DNA from: a virus
Direction: 5' to 3' (one strand)
Virus record (IMG/VR): IMGVR_UViG_3300027881_000536
Location: 32,001-96,000 of that record
Length of the DNA: 64,000 bases
Of the stretch, positions 9,818 to 19,059 are shown piece by piece (position 1 is the stretch's first letter; every line of letters starts with the position of its first letter). The notes below the pieces were generated by a model. That model saw nothing but the letters and a program-made list of their open reading frames with translations. It did not search any database and was not told where the DNA came from. The position numbers were made by a program, and so were the translations under genes.

Positions 9818-10521
9818 AATGTGATGTCCATTGGTGCAATGCTCTGAGTACCGGAAATTCCAGGTGGTGTGCAGTACACCAAGATGAGTATGAGCAGCAA
9901 GGTCCTGATTTGCAAAGGGCAGAAGGCCCATACCCACTGGATATATCTTTCGCAATATTGAAGCAAGGGTGGGGTGCAGCCATAACAGGGGGCTTGAGTC
10001 CGCTATATGATAAGGCGAAGCAATTCGGTGAGCGAATGGATAATGCAGCAATGGGAATGGTTCCGTCAAGCCAAGTAAGAGAAGGTGACCCGACTTATAC
10101 TGGTGGTACCAAGCAAGGTTGGGGTGATTCCATAATGGAAGTAGGGAATGAAATTCAGGATACTGCTCGAGAGGCTTTTGTGGACCCAGTGCAACAAGCG
10201 ATTGGGGAACCGGGTAACCCACTTGCTGAAGAGGGTATGGTAGATGCTGGTACAGGTTTACGAGGGAAACTAGGAAGATTCAGAGAGAAGGTAGGGCATA
10301 AGTTACTTGGTGAGAAGGACACGAGTAGAAAAACTGGAATACTCAAACCGTTGTGGTCTGCGAATGTAGTTACAGACGACAAGACTAAACAGAAGTACAA
10401 GCAATCCCCATATGCCCCTCGATTTGCGCGTAGAGAACAACTTACTGTTGCTGAGCAAAACAATCCAGGGTCAGTAGACCCGCAGAAAATCAGAGATTAT
10501 GAAAAGACGAGGATGATATGA
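9814..10521 (+). CDS. Hypothetical protein with an N-terminal Cys/His cluster; candidate capsid cargo
   Basis: ATGA overlap with the upstream gene; C-x4-C...C-x2-H; contains LDISFAILK-QGW. Confidence 0.6.
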   Translation: MKCDVHWCNALSTGNSRWCAVHQDEYEQQGPDLQRAEGPYPLDISFAILKQGWGAAITGGLSPLYDKAKQFGERMDNAAMGMVPSSQVREGDPTYTGGTKQGWGDSIMEVGNEIQDTAREAFVDPVQQAIGEPGNPLAEEGMVDAGTGLRGKLGRFREKVGHKLLGEKDTSRKTGILKPLWSANVVTDDKTKQKYKQSPYAPRFARREQLTVAEQNNPGSVDPQKIRDYEKTRMI

Positions 10522-10522
10522 T

Positions 10523-12136
10523 ATGCCAATAGTATTCCAGACAGGTGAACGCGAGCCTAGACCTCTGTTCCCTAATGACCTAGTTTATTCCAGTGCTCAG
10601 AAGGTAGCAGACATTCTACAGATTCCACTCCCTGACCCAGTATATCTCACAGCGGATTCTAACACCAGCGCTACTTCTGCCAAGATAGTCCCTGCTGACC
10701 AACGCATAGTTGGGTTTGAGGTTGGAGATAGTGTAGAGATAGCGAGTGATGTTGAGATGGGAGAGACTGTAGTCCTAACTAGTGTTGCTCGAGACGGTAC
10801 TGATGTGGTACTATCATGGAGTGGTGGAGTCACAGGGGACTACGATACTGCTGACAATGCTACTATTCAGAATCTACAGTCATTCACTAACGGTAAGCGG
10901 AGGGGGGTAACCCGTTCTGCCGTAGAGACTATGATTCTACGCATGCAAGACAAGATAGATAACCTCTGTAACAATTCATGGAGGCCAATGCTGCAAACAG
11001 CAGAGTATCTCAATTTCGACACATACAAACCCTACAGGAGAAGGTACTATACTGACTATGTAGGTACAGTTCCACTCATGTTCCGCAATGTCCAACAGAT
11101 ACTGAGACTGGAAATATGGCAGGGACAGGAGTACAGAGAAGTAGGTTCTGCAGAGGCTCGACTCAAGATACTCGATAATTCCCTACTTACCACTGACGAC
11201 TATGTGTTTCTTTGTCCTGGGAGTGGTGGAGTAGCCTCTTTACGGGTTGGTAGTACATCCAGTACATGGAGTAATGCATTCGATGTAACTACTACTGCAC
11301 AGGAACTCTCAGACCTCATTAACAAGGACCTAAGGAAGGGTAAATCGGGTGCAGCATTCTCACCTTCATTCACACTCCAGACAGCCAATACTGCTACTGG
11401 GGTAGAGACAGCCAATGTCCATCATGAGTTCATGACTTCTGCTAACGCTGATTATGGCACAGGGCAAATCAAACTGACCAGTATGCATCGTGGTGAAGGT
11501 GGAGAGAACTCTACTGTGGCTATTACTAATCACACTGGTATGAGCATCACTGGTCTGACAGACACCGTCCTCACAGTGACTGGTGTATCAGGTAGTTCTG
11601 GTAGTGCTACAATCACACTAGCCGATACTTCTGCCTTGGTGCCCTATGGTATTATCTGCATTGGTACGGGCACTGCTGTCAAATGCGCCTATTATACAGC
11701 AAAGACTGCCACTACACTCACAGGAGTGACTGACTTGGCTAGCAGTGGCCTTGTTGCGGCACTGTCGAATGGGACTGATATCACACAGTATGCACTCAAG
11801 ATAGACTATTTCGGTAGCACCACAGGAGATGAGGCTAGGCTTCGTGACTGGTGGTGTGACTATGACCTAGGTATCATCTACTTCAACAACACTTACCCCT
11901 ACTTCCAATGGAACTCAGTGAAGGCTACCTATGTCTATGGTGAGCGATATGTTGAAAAAGCAATAGAGGATATTTGTACCAAGATGGTAGCCATGGACCT
12001 GCTCTTGTCTGATGACCGTAGCGTCCTAATGCCTGAAGGGACTCAGAACATAGACTTAGGTTCCAAGTACCAGTTGTTCAAGCAACAGGTTGCTGAGACA
12101 CTACCTCGTTACATGGAGGTGATTAACATTGACTGA
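10523..12136 (+). CDS. Head-tail adaptor (gp6/gp15-like) with large insertions
   Basis: Position between head and tail genes. C-terminal GIIYFN...VKATYVYG...KAIEDICTKMVAMDLL fits adaptor proteins. Confidence 0.6.
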   Translation: MPIVFQTGEREPRPLFPNDLVYSSAQKVADILQIPLPDPVYLTADSNTSATSAKIVPADQRIVGFEVGDSVEIASDVEMGETVVLTSVARDGTDVVLSWSGGVTGDYDTADNATIQNLQSFTNGKRRGVTRSAVETMILRMQDKIDNLCNNSWRPMLQTAEYLNFDTYKPYRRRYYTDYVGTVPLMFRNVQQILRLEIWQGQEYREVGSAEARLKILDNSLLTTDDYVFLCPGSGGVASLRVGSTSSTWSNAFDVTTTAQELSDLINKDLRKGKSGAAFSPSFTLQTANTATGVETANVHHEFMTSANADYGTGQIKLTSMHRGEGGENSTVAITNHTGMSITGLTDTVLTVTGVSGSSGSATITLADTSALVPYGIICIGTGTAVKCAYYTAKTATTLTGVTDLASSGLVAALSNGTDITQYALKIDYFGSTTGDEARLRDWWCDYDLGIIYFNNTYPYFQWNSVKATYVYGERYVEKAIEDICTKMVAMDLLLSDDRSVLMPEGTQNIDLGSKYQLFKQQVAETLPRYMEVINID

Positions 12137-12398
12137 TGACATATTCAAGAAAGCAAAGGAGGGTCTTAAACCAACAATACAGAATGTTAGAAAGCAATCT
12201 ATCTGGTCACCTGAAGGGAGAATGTTTCTAGATGCTGCTGCTAGTGCTGCAGGATACAAGGCTGATGACGCCGGTAATCTCATAGATGAGAGCGGGCGTG
12301 CCCTACCCAAGGAGCACGCGGATTACCAGTGGGTTAAGAGTATGGCAGAGCGTCAAGCAGCAGTGGAAAGTCCAATCGGTAGGGAGTTGTTAGAATGA
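12129..12398 (+). CDS. 89-aa hypothetical protein; candidate capsid cargo
   Basis: TTG start with GGAGGTGA upstream; overlaps both neighbours; N-terminal FKKAKEGLK. Confidence 0.6.
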   Translation: MTDDIFKKAKEGLKPTIQNVRKQSIWSPEGRMFLDAAASAAGYKADDAGNLIDESGRALPKEHADYQWVKSMAERQAAVESPIGRELLE

Positions 12399-12790
12399 GT
12401 GCGTTTGACTTGACTTGGATTAATCTCAAGAAAGCATGGTATGACAACGAGGATTTTCGTGGAGACCCAGATGATGAGGAGGCTCATAGGCGGGGAGAAG
12501 AAGAGGACCATCAAAATTGGCTGAATGACCCTAAGAATCAGGACGATAGTCCTAACGAGAGGGTAGATGCCCCCACCTTGGATTCTAATCACATCTTGAG
12601 GTTGACTAGACCACAACTGGATAAACTTATGGAGGACATTCAAAGTGAGATTCAGCGTAGAGAGACTAAAAAAGCCAACAAGAATGTGGCTGTTGTCAGT
12701 AACAGCCCAAGAGACCTGAGTAGCGACCCTTCCTCACCAGCAGGTAAAGATTGGATAAAGAACAACTCTTGGGCATTTGATGGTGGTTGA
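12395..12790 (+). CDS. 131-aa acidic hypothetical protein; candidate capsid cargo
   Basis: ATGA overlap; N-terminal FDLTWINLK-K. Confidence 0.65.
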   Translation: MSAFDLTWINLKKAWYDNEDFRGDPDDEEAHRRGEEEDHQNWLNDPKNQDDSPNERVDAPTLDSNHILRLTRPQLDKLMEDIQSEIQRRETKKANKNVAVVSNSPRDLSSDPSSPAGKDWIKNNSWAFDGG

Positions 12791-12791
12791 T

Positions 12792-13229
12792 ATGGCTGAA
12801 TCCATAGAACTTTTGGTATCATTATTCGACACGAGTTGGAATCGTGCTAACAGTGGTCAGAGAAAGCCAGTGATAATGGACATCACCACACTAGACCCTG
12901 GTAGAGGTAAGAGGTTCGACCTTAACCGCAGTGATGCCGTTTTTATGTATGAGACTGCTCATAACGAGGAGCAACCTGAGATATTCTATGACTATGTCAA
13001 CACTCGAATCAATGTAACCATCGACATACGAACTACACGAGGTAGAAGTCATTTGATGAATATGGAAGATGAAGTGAGAAGAATCATTCATAGTAAGAGA
13101 AAAGGGGACGCTGGTAACTACGACCGACTACTCTATAAGACGAGGACTGACTTGTCAGATAGGACCAAGCATCTACATAGAATGACCTTTCAGGTCGAAA
13201 TCGTAATATTCAGTGAACTAGTCGCATAG
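12792..13229 (+). CDS. Putative tail terminator/completion protein
   Basis: About 145 aa with an alpha/beta pattern, just upstream of the tail tube gene. Start placed at ATG 12792. Confidence 0.5.
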   Translation: MAESIELLVSLFDTSWNRANSGQRKPVIMDITTLDPGRGKRFDLNRSDAVFMYETAHNEEQPEIFYDYVNTRINVTIDIRTTRGRSHLMNMEDEVRRIIHSKRKGDAGNYDRLLYKTRTDLSDRTKHLHRMTFQVEIVIFSELVA

Positions 13230-13240
13230 GGTGAGAGGAC

Positions 13241-15205
13241 ATGCCGCAGACAATCTACAAGGGCGATTTGGCCGAAGTAACTCTCGGTCACGAAACAGGA
13301 ATAGTACTAACACATGGGGCCTGGGGTGGGCTTACTGTCACCGCCGCATCTAATGGCGACACTACCACTTTGACATTCAGTGGAGTCGCTATCAATACCA
13401 ACGGAAGCCATTCTTCGTATGATACGATGTTTTTCAGGGCTCAAGAGTTGAAATATCCTAAGGGTCTACTCGCTGGCTCCAAACTGAGAGTTAAGGGTGA
13501 TGGTAACTACAGTGATGATGACCACACTAAAGGTAATATGTATACTATTGTTGCTAATGAAGGTAATACTCTCACAGTAACTCCTGCTATGAAAAGGACA
13601 GGTGCCTCTACCACTGGTGATGAGTTCATGATTGAGACTCTGGGAACTCCTACTCTAGATGCAGGTATGATTTATAATAGTAATGCACAGACCAGTGATG
13701 AGTCAGTTCTCACTGACCAGTTTATCGGTTTGGCTGCTGAAATAACGCTTCCAGAAACCAAGGTTGAAGTCTTTCGTTCCCACATCGTGGGTGTAGGGAG
13801 GCAAGTTGTAGTTCAGGAGCCTCAGCACATGGATAATGAAGGAGGCTCCCTATCTACTATGATGCATAGTGCACGATGGCTCTACTACGCCCTTGGTAAC
13901 GAGGCTGTGAGCGAGACTAATCCAACAGGTGCAGCATCAGTGGATAGTGGTACTAACACAAGTGCTATAGCCATGGGTGATACCTATGTCTCATTCCTAA
14001 GGGCGAATTCTAACGGCACAGTGAATGGTTCTTTCCCTGCTATCGGTGATTATATTACTGTAGAGGACACTACTGAAGTCTTAACTCCTTATGCTACTGA
14101 GCCCACTGCTAGAACTAAGTGGACTGGTACACAGACCCAATTCCATAGCAGTGAAAGGTCAGAGATAAGGAGGGTGATTGCTACAGATAGCACTAACACC
14201 CACAACCGTATCTATGTAGATGACCCATTCAATTTTGACCATGCCGCTGGTGCAGTTGTAAGAAAGATAGTTATGGCAGATAATGCTGACACTGGGAGTC
14301 CTAATTTTCTTACTACTACTGCTGCTTATGGGCAGATTGAGAACAGACAGAAGAGAGCCATGTGGAGTATGTGGCATCAACCTTCTTTCTCTCTAGAGAC
14401 CAGTATGAGGAGTCGAGATGTCGGTTCCTATGGTACAGAGCAGACTTCCAATGCACCTGGGTCATCGACGGACACAAAGCAACTCACTCGAGTTTACAAG
14501 GGCTGTAAGGTCAAGTCTTGGCAACTCACTGCTGATGCAGATTCAGAGGTCAAGATGAAGGTCGACTTCGATGCACTGATGTGCTATACTGATACTGGTC
14601 GTCTAGAGGATTCTAATCCTGGTGACAGGTACACTGCTCATAGGATGTTCGAGAATATCGCTAATGGGCCCTTGGAGAGGAAGACGGCTGGTATTGCTCC
14701 CAATACTGAGAAACCGTTCTTCTTCTATAATGGTACAATCACTGCTTTCGGCACCAATCTAGCCCAAGTGACCAAGTTTGAGTTGGGTGGTGAGAACAAT
14801 ATTGCTCAACACCTAGTTGTTAGAGGCAACCCAGCGGTAGAACCCCGTAACACTGCTGGCCAGTCCTTGGAACAGATACCCTTCGCTGGTAGCAGGAACC
14901 CTTCACTGGCTGTTGAGGGTAAAGTGGAGTATAACCTAAAGATAGAGATTCTACCTACTGACCCCCTTCTATGGCATGAGTTTAGAAGTGCTAGAAGTAA
15001 AGGCTACAGTGAACCTATCACGCTGCATCTAGTCAAGGATGGAGCAGGGAGTGACAGAGAGGAGATATATGTCATCATAGATGATTACATCATCACCGAG
15101 GCCCCTCTACAAATCCCTGAGGATAAAGGGGTCATCAAGCATGAGTTGACAATACTTCCGAAGCATGTTAAAATTCTAGCATATGATGCGTTGTTGCATT
15201 CTTGA
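13241..15205 (+). CDS. Major tail (tube) protein with inserted accessory domains
   Basis: Synteny (terminator - this gene - chaperone - tape measure). Tube-like beta segments (ITLPETKVEV, PSFSLE, GCKVKSWQLTADADSEVKMKVDF). No separate sheath gene was recognised. Confidence 0.65.
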   Translation: MPQTIYKGDLAEVTLGHETGIVLTHGAWGGLTVTAASNGDTTTLTFSGVAINTNGSHSSYDTMFFRAQELKYPKGLLAGSKLRVKGDGNYSDDDHTKGNMYTIVANEGNTLTVTPAMKRTGASTTGDEFMIETLGTPTLDAGMIYNSNAQTSDESVLTDQFIGLAAEITLPETKVEVFRSHIVGVGRQVVVQEPQHMDNEGGSLSTMMHSARWLYYALGNEAVSETNPTGAASVDSGTNTSAIAMGDTYVSFLRANSNGTVNGSFPAIGDYITVEDTTEVLTPYATEPTARTKWTGTQTQFHSSERSEIRRVIATDSTNTHNRIYVDDPFNFDHAAGAVVRKIVMADNADTGSPNFLTTTAAYGQIENRQKRAMWSMWHQPSFSLETSMRSRDVGSYGTEQTSNAPGSSTDTKQLTRVYKGCKVKSWQLTADADSEVKMKVDFDALMCYTDTGRLEDSNPGDRYTAHRMFENIANGPLERKTAGIAPNTEKPFFFYNGTITAFGTNLAQVTKFELGGENNIAQHLVVRGNPAVEPRNTAGQSLEQIPFAGSRNPSLAVEGKVEYNLKIEILPTDPLLWHEFRSARSKGYSEPITLHLVKDGAGSDREEIYVIIDDYIITEAPLQIPEDKGVIKHELTILPKHVKILAYDALLHS

Positions 15206-15215
15206 GGTGAAAGAT

Positions 15216-15734
15216 ATGGCAAGATGGAGTTTACATCCTGGGGGTAGGGGAAAAGCCCCTTGGAAGAAGAAACTGGCAGCGGCTGAGCCTGAGCCTGAAC
15301 CTGAGGTGGAGGAAGATTTCTTCAACCCAGAATATGCAGTAACTGACAATAATCCATTCCCTGAAGAACTAATGACAGAGACTGATGCTGTTACTGTTGC
15401 CGAGGAAGTGCAGATGGCTGCGGCGGTAGAACTTGAGCCTGAAGTAGAAGAGGTTGTAGAGCCTGAAGTAGAAGAGGTTGTAGAGCCTGAACCTGAACCT
15501 GAACTTACATATGATTCCATGACTGTATCACAGTTACAAGACCTATTGCGTGAGCGTGGTCTGACTGTTAGCGGAGTCAAGGCGGAACTTGTTGCCCGCT
15601 TGGAAGCAGATGATGCTGGCCCCTCGGAAGAGGCTCCGGCTGAAACTGTAGAGACCCCCTCGGAAGAGGCTGTCTCTAGCGACGAGGTGCCCCAGGAGGG
15701 CGAAGTAAGTGAGTCAGGAGGAACAGAACAATAA
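15216..15734 (+). CDS. Acidic Pro/Glu-rich protein with a SAP (HeH) motif
   Basis: YDSMTVSQLQDLLRERGLTVSGVKAELVARLE matches the SAP consensus. GAGGTGA RBS before ATG 15216. Confidence 0.8.
   Translation: MARWSLHPGGRGKAPWKKKLAAAEPEPEPEVEEDFFNPEYAVTDNNPFPEELMTETDAVTVAEEVQMAAAVELEPEVEEVVEPEVEEVVEPEPEPELTYDSMTVSQLQDLLRERGLTVSGVKAELVARLEADDAGPSEEAPAETVETPSEEAVSSDEVPQEGEVSESGGTEQ
15435..15491 (+). repeat. 24-nt tandem repeat (EPEVEEVV x2 plus partial), followed by CCTGAA hexamers
   Basis: GAGCCTGAAGTAGAAGAGGTTGTA at 15435 and 15459. Confidence 0.95.
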
Positions 15735-16095
15735 GACCTTAATAACCAACATTGATAGCCTGTTAGTTTCATCAGGAACTACACCCCACGATATAGCAGT
15801 GGACCCAGACGAGCCAGACATAGTTCTGCGCGTATGGATAAAGGAGATGTCATTTCTCCAGACCCAGAAGGCTATCGCAGAAGTGGTTCAACTAACACCA
15901 GATGGTCAGGTCAACATAGACTTGGCCAATTACTGGAAGTACATGATTGCTCAGTGTATAGACAAGACTGAGCCATCAATGACCAAAGCACAACTTTACG
16001 CACTCAAACCTGATATTGCAAATAAGATTACAGCATTGTTACCTCAACCACAGGATTTGGTGGCTGGCCCTTTGGAGGATGGGCTGACCGCATAG
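15709..16095 (+). CDS. Tail assembly chaperone (lambda gpG analogue)
   Basis: 128 aa between tail tube and tape measure; carries a slippery heptamer near its 3' end. Confidence 0.8.
   Translation: MSQEEQNNKTLITNIDSLLVSSGTTPHDIAVDPDEPDIVLRVWIKEMSFLQTQKAIAEVVQLTPDGQVNIDLANYWKYMIAQCIDKTEPSMTKAQLYALKPDIANKITALLPQPQDLVAGPLEDGLTA
16068..16074 (+). promoter_or_regulatory. -1 programmed ribosomal frameshift site C CCT TTG
   Basis: Exact X XXY YYZ heptamer in the correct phase. The -1 frame is open from 16026 to the stop at 16368-16370. Confidence 0.85.
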
Positions 16096-16370
16096 ATGAC
16101 AATCTAAATTTCCTAAGGGGGAGGAAAGAGGACCCGACATTAGGTCTTGAGTCCTCGATTTATTTTGTCATGAAACACTATGGGCTCAGCCTCAGAGACA
16201 TCGACGATTTGAGTGCCGAAGAATTCGGCATGATGTTCACTTGGGCTGCGGCAGCCTCTGCTCACGAGGCAGAGCAAATGGAGAAGCAGACCGGAGAATC
16301 CAAGTCCTCGATGGGAGTAGCGGGTACCAATATGGGTGGGCCTATGCCACATAGTGAGGGGAGGTGGTAG
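16074..16370 (+). CDS. Frameshift extension of the tail chaperone (gpGT analogue; fusion about 220 aa)
   Basis: Manual translation GGWADRIDDNLNFLRGRKEDPTLGLESSIYFVMKHYG... runs without a stop into the tracked 16170-16370 ORF. Confidence 0.82.
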   Translation, partial: GGWADRIDDNLNFLRGRKEDPTLGLESSIYFVMKHYGLSLRDIDDLSAEEFGMMFTWAAAASAHEAEQMEKQTGESKSSMGVAGTNMGGPMPHSEGRW

Positions 16371-16372
16371 AT

Positions 16373-17917
16373 ATGACAGATGTTCTTACCAATGAAGAAT
16401 TGCATTTGAAGGTACTGGCGCTGGAAGATGTCGCTAAACAGTTCCAAGCCACTGGTGGTAAGGCTCACAATTATGGCGTACAGATGGGTGTAGTTGAAAA
16501 GGCTCAACAGAAACTAGTCAACATATGGCAAGGTAGTGTCATTGGTAAAGCACAAGTAGTAGGCAAGTGGTTCGGTAATCTGTCTAAGGTCGTAACAAAG
16601 TATTCAAATGATTCTAAGGATATGGAAGATGCCAATAAGAACCTTACAATTGCACAACGACATCTCATAGCACCTTTACTCAAAGGTACAGGCGCTGCCA
16701 AAATGGGGCAGAAGATGTGGGAGAAGTATAGGCATACTATCGTCGATGCTAATGGTGATATCAGTCAAGGAAGGAAAATGCTCCTAATGTTTGGTGCTAG
16801 TCTAATGACTTTACTTGGACTCCTAGGGATAATAGGTTTCGCCTTCGCTGCATTCTCATTAGCCACAGAAGGTGCAGCCTCCCCCATCGCGCAATTTGTT
16901 GCTGAACACTTCCCTCAATTTTCAGCAGGTCTACAGAAAATAATTGATTTGTTACAAGGGGATATGGTAGGCTCTATTCAATCTTATTTGTTACCAGCCT
17001 TTATTCTTTTCAAAGTAGCCTTGATGTTATTACCAGGTCTTTTCGGACCACTCTTTGTGGCTGTTGTCTTAGGTGTGGCACTCTTCAAGAGATTTCGAGC
17101 ACAAGGAGATAGTTTCGGAACGGCCCTTATCAAGACTATCGGTGGAGTTGTTGCAGCATTCTTCATTCTAATGAGTCCAGGTAAGATATTGAAACTGTTT
17201 TGGCTCATCGTTAAACTTGCCGTCAGAACTTTAGGATGGGGTGGGAGTCTAATAATTGCAGGTATTGCTGGGCTTTTCCTTGCTGCTTCTGGTAAATTGT
17301 CAGGGTTTTGGTCAGTAGTAATTGGAATAATGAGTGCTGCAGCACTCTATGTTGGTATGCTCTTAGTTTCAGCAGCGTTGGGTACCACCTCGACAATAGG
17401 GGCTCTATTTGCAGCAATTCCATTCTTCTGGGTAGCAGCATTGCTTTTGATGGTAGCCATGATTTACAGGTTCCGCGAACCACTCTGGGCCGCTTTCAAG
17501 GCTATAGGTAAGGGAATCGCTAACATCTTTATTTGGGTGGCCAATTTGATTATAGACATTCTATTGACACCTTTCAATTTCATTCTTGCCATGCTTTCCA
17601 TGGCTATACCGGGACTGAACTTTAGTCCTCTTGGGGCAGGAGATACAATACCAATGTTGGCTGATGGTGGTCCTGTTAGAGCAGGGCGCTCTTACATTGT
17701 AGGAGAGCGTGGTCCTGAGTTGTTCACCGCTGGGTCTTCTGGCCGTATCACACCTAACCATGAGATGGGAGGGGGTACCTCCAATATCACTATGAACATA
17801 GATGTTGGTGGGGTGACTGACCAAACTGATAAGCGAGCACTGGCTCGTCAGATTGGTGATGCTCTCAACCAAGAACTGAGGAGACTAGGTGGGAATCCAA
17901 CAAGGGGTAGATACTGA
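16373..17917 (+). CDS. Tape measure protein
   Basis: Follows the chaperone pair; long helical/hydrophobic body; C-terminal LADGGPVRAGRSYIVGERGPELF motif typical of tape measure proteins. GGAGGTGG RBS before ATG 16373. Confidence 0.88.
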   Translation: MTDVLTNEELHLKVLALEDVAKQFQATGGKAHNYGVQMGVVEKAQQKLVNIWQGSVIGKAQVVGKWFGNLSKVVTKYSNDSKDMEDANKNLTIAQRHLIAPLLKGTGAAKMGQKMWEKYRHTIVDANGDISQGRKMLLMFGASLMTLLGLLGIIGFAFAAFSLATEGAASPIAQFVAEHFPQFSAGLQKIIDLLQGDMVGSIQSYLLPAFILFKVALMLLPGLFGPLFVAVVLGVALFKRFRAQGDSFGTALIKTIGGVVAAFFILMSPGKILKLFWLIVKLAVRTLGWGGSLIIAGIAGLFLAASGKLSGFWSVVIGIMSAAALYVGMLLVSAALGTTSTIGALFAAIPFFWVAALLLMVAMIYRFREPLWAAFKAIGKGIANIFIWVANLIIDILLTPFNFILAMLSMAIPGLNFSPLGAGDTIPMLADGGPVRAGRSYIVGERGPELFTAGSSGRITPNHEMGGGTSNITMNIDVGGVTDQTDKRALARQIGDALNQELRRLGGNPTRGRY

Positions 17918-19059
17918 TGGCTGGAGTACCTATACGCTTGCTGAGAAAGGATGGTCAAGTGGTCAATCTAAATTGCACTGACTACCAAGTCAATATAACT
18001 CGGAGTCTAATCACTGTACCTGTACCTATCACTGCTGAGAGATTTGGGGCTGACTTGAACATGGTTCAAGCAGAGATAATTATGGAGTGTATCCTCATAG
18101 ATGACGATTGTACTACTGTAGACTTCGGTCTGTCTTATTCTGGTGCTACTATAGACTTCAGTTATCGGAGACCTAAAGAAGATGATGATAATACTGCACA
18201 TACTGCATGGTTAGAAAATGGTATTACTGCGGCTGACTTAGATGATGCTGTTTTCACATTCATTTCTACTGATGACACTAAGTTCACTGTGACCCTCAAG
18301 AATGGGAGTGCTACTACCAGTGGTACTGACATGCAGGTGAACATAAGCAGTGTCACAACGGCTGCAGGGATGGTCACTGCTATCAAGGCTGTTTTGGATG
18401 CTCATGCTGTTTTCCTATCAAAATTCACAGTGACTGCTGGGGCTGGTGCTAACGCCAATCTTTCTGGGAATACCAAATTAGACTTTGCTCAGAAAGGTGG
18501 TGGCTCGTCTGGGGCTACTGACACTCCTACTTTCGTAGCAGAAGGTCTTGATTACGACCCTCATATCAGTGTGTTCAGTAATGTGGAAGATACTGGTTGT
18601 AGGTCTGCTGGAGATAAAATCCAGAACATCCTAGCAACAGTAGCCAATAACTCAGTATTGGGTGGTATGGGTAAAGTAGGTCAGTTCGGTAGTTTTGGTG
18701 GCTTGGATATAGGTGAAGATTCTTTCATGTTTGGCCAAAGCAAAAAGTCTGATTATATCATAGGTTTACAATTACCATACAACTCACTGGCTCAGGCTAA
18801 TCTAACGAATGTAGGTGACCCTGTGGCTGGTTACAATGTGCGTAATTTCCTTTTGGTCACTGGGGGTTCCATGGCCACTAACTTGAAAGATGCCAGTAGT
18901 AATACAAACGATGCTAGTACTCCTTTCATTTTCACTGATAAGCACACTGGCATATCTGGGACTGTCAAGACTGCTTCAATCAAATATGATGCTGGGGAGA
19001 CAATCTATAGAGCCACCCTGACTTTCCAGCCACTTGACTTCGTGCTGGGGGTTGGTTGA
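17917..19059 (+). CDS. Distal tail (Dit-like) protein with an inserted domain
   Basis: First gene after the tape measure. Tube-like beta strands at both ends (VNLNCTDYQVNITR; GISGTVKTASIKYDAG...YRATLTFQP). Confidence 0.55.
   Translation: MAGVPIRLLRKDGQVVNLNCTDYQVNITRSLITVPVPITAERFGADLNMVQAEIIMECILIDDDCTTVDFGLSYSGATIDFSYRRPKEDDDNTAHTAWLENGITAADLDDAVFTFISTDDTKFTVTLKNGSATTSGTDMQVNISSVTTAAGMVTAIKAVLDAHAVFLSKFTVTAGAGANANLSGNTKLDFAQKGGGSSGATDTPTFVAEGLDYDPHISVFSNVEDTGCRSAGDKIQNILATVANNSVLGGMGKVGQFGSFGGLDIGEDSFMFGQSKKSDYIIGLQLPYNSLAQANLTNVGDPVAGYNVRNFLLVTGGSMATNLKDASSNTNDASTPFIFTDKHTGISGTVKTASIKYDAGETIYRATLTFQPLDFVLGVG

Noticed and set aside
13241-15205. Contractile tail sheath call based on size
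   Set aside because: No separate tube gene follows, and the order tube-chaperone-tape measure-Dit fits a non-contractile tail better.
15435-15504. Tandem repeats as a mini-CRISPR or regulatory array
   Set aside because: They are in-frame coding repeats with no spacers.
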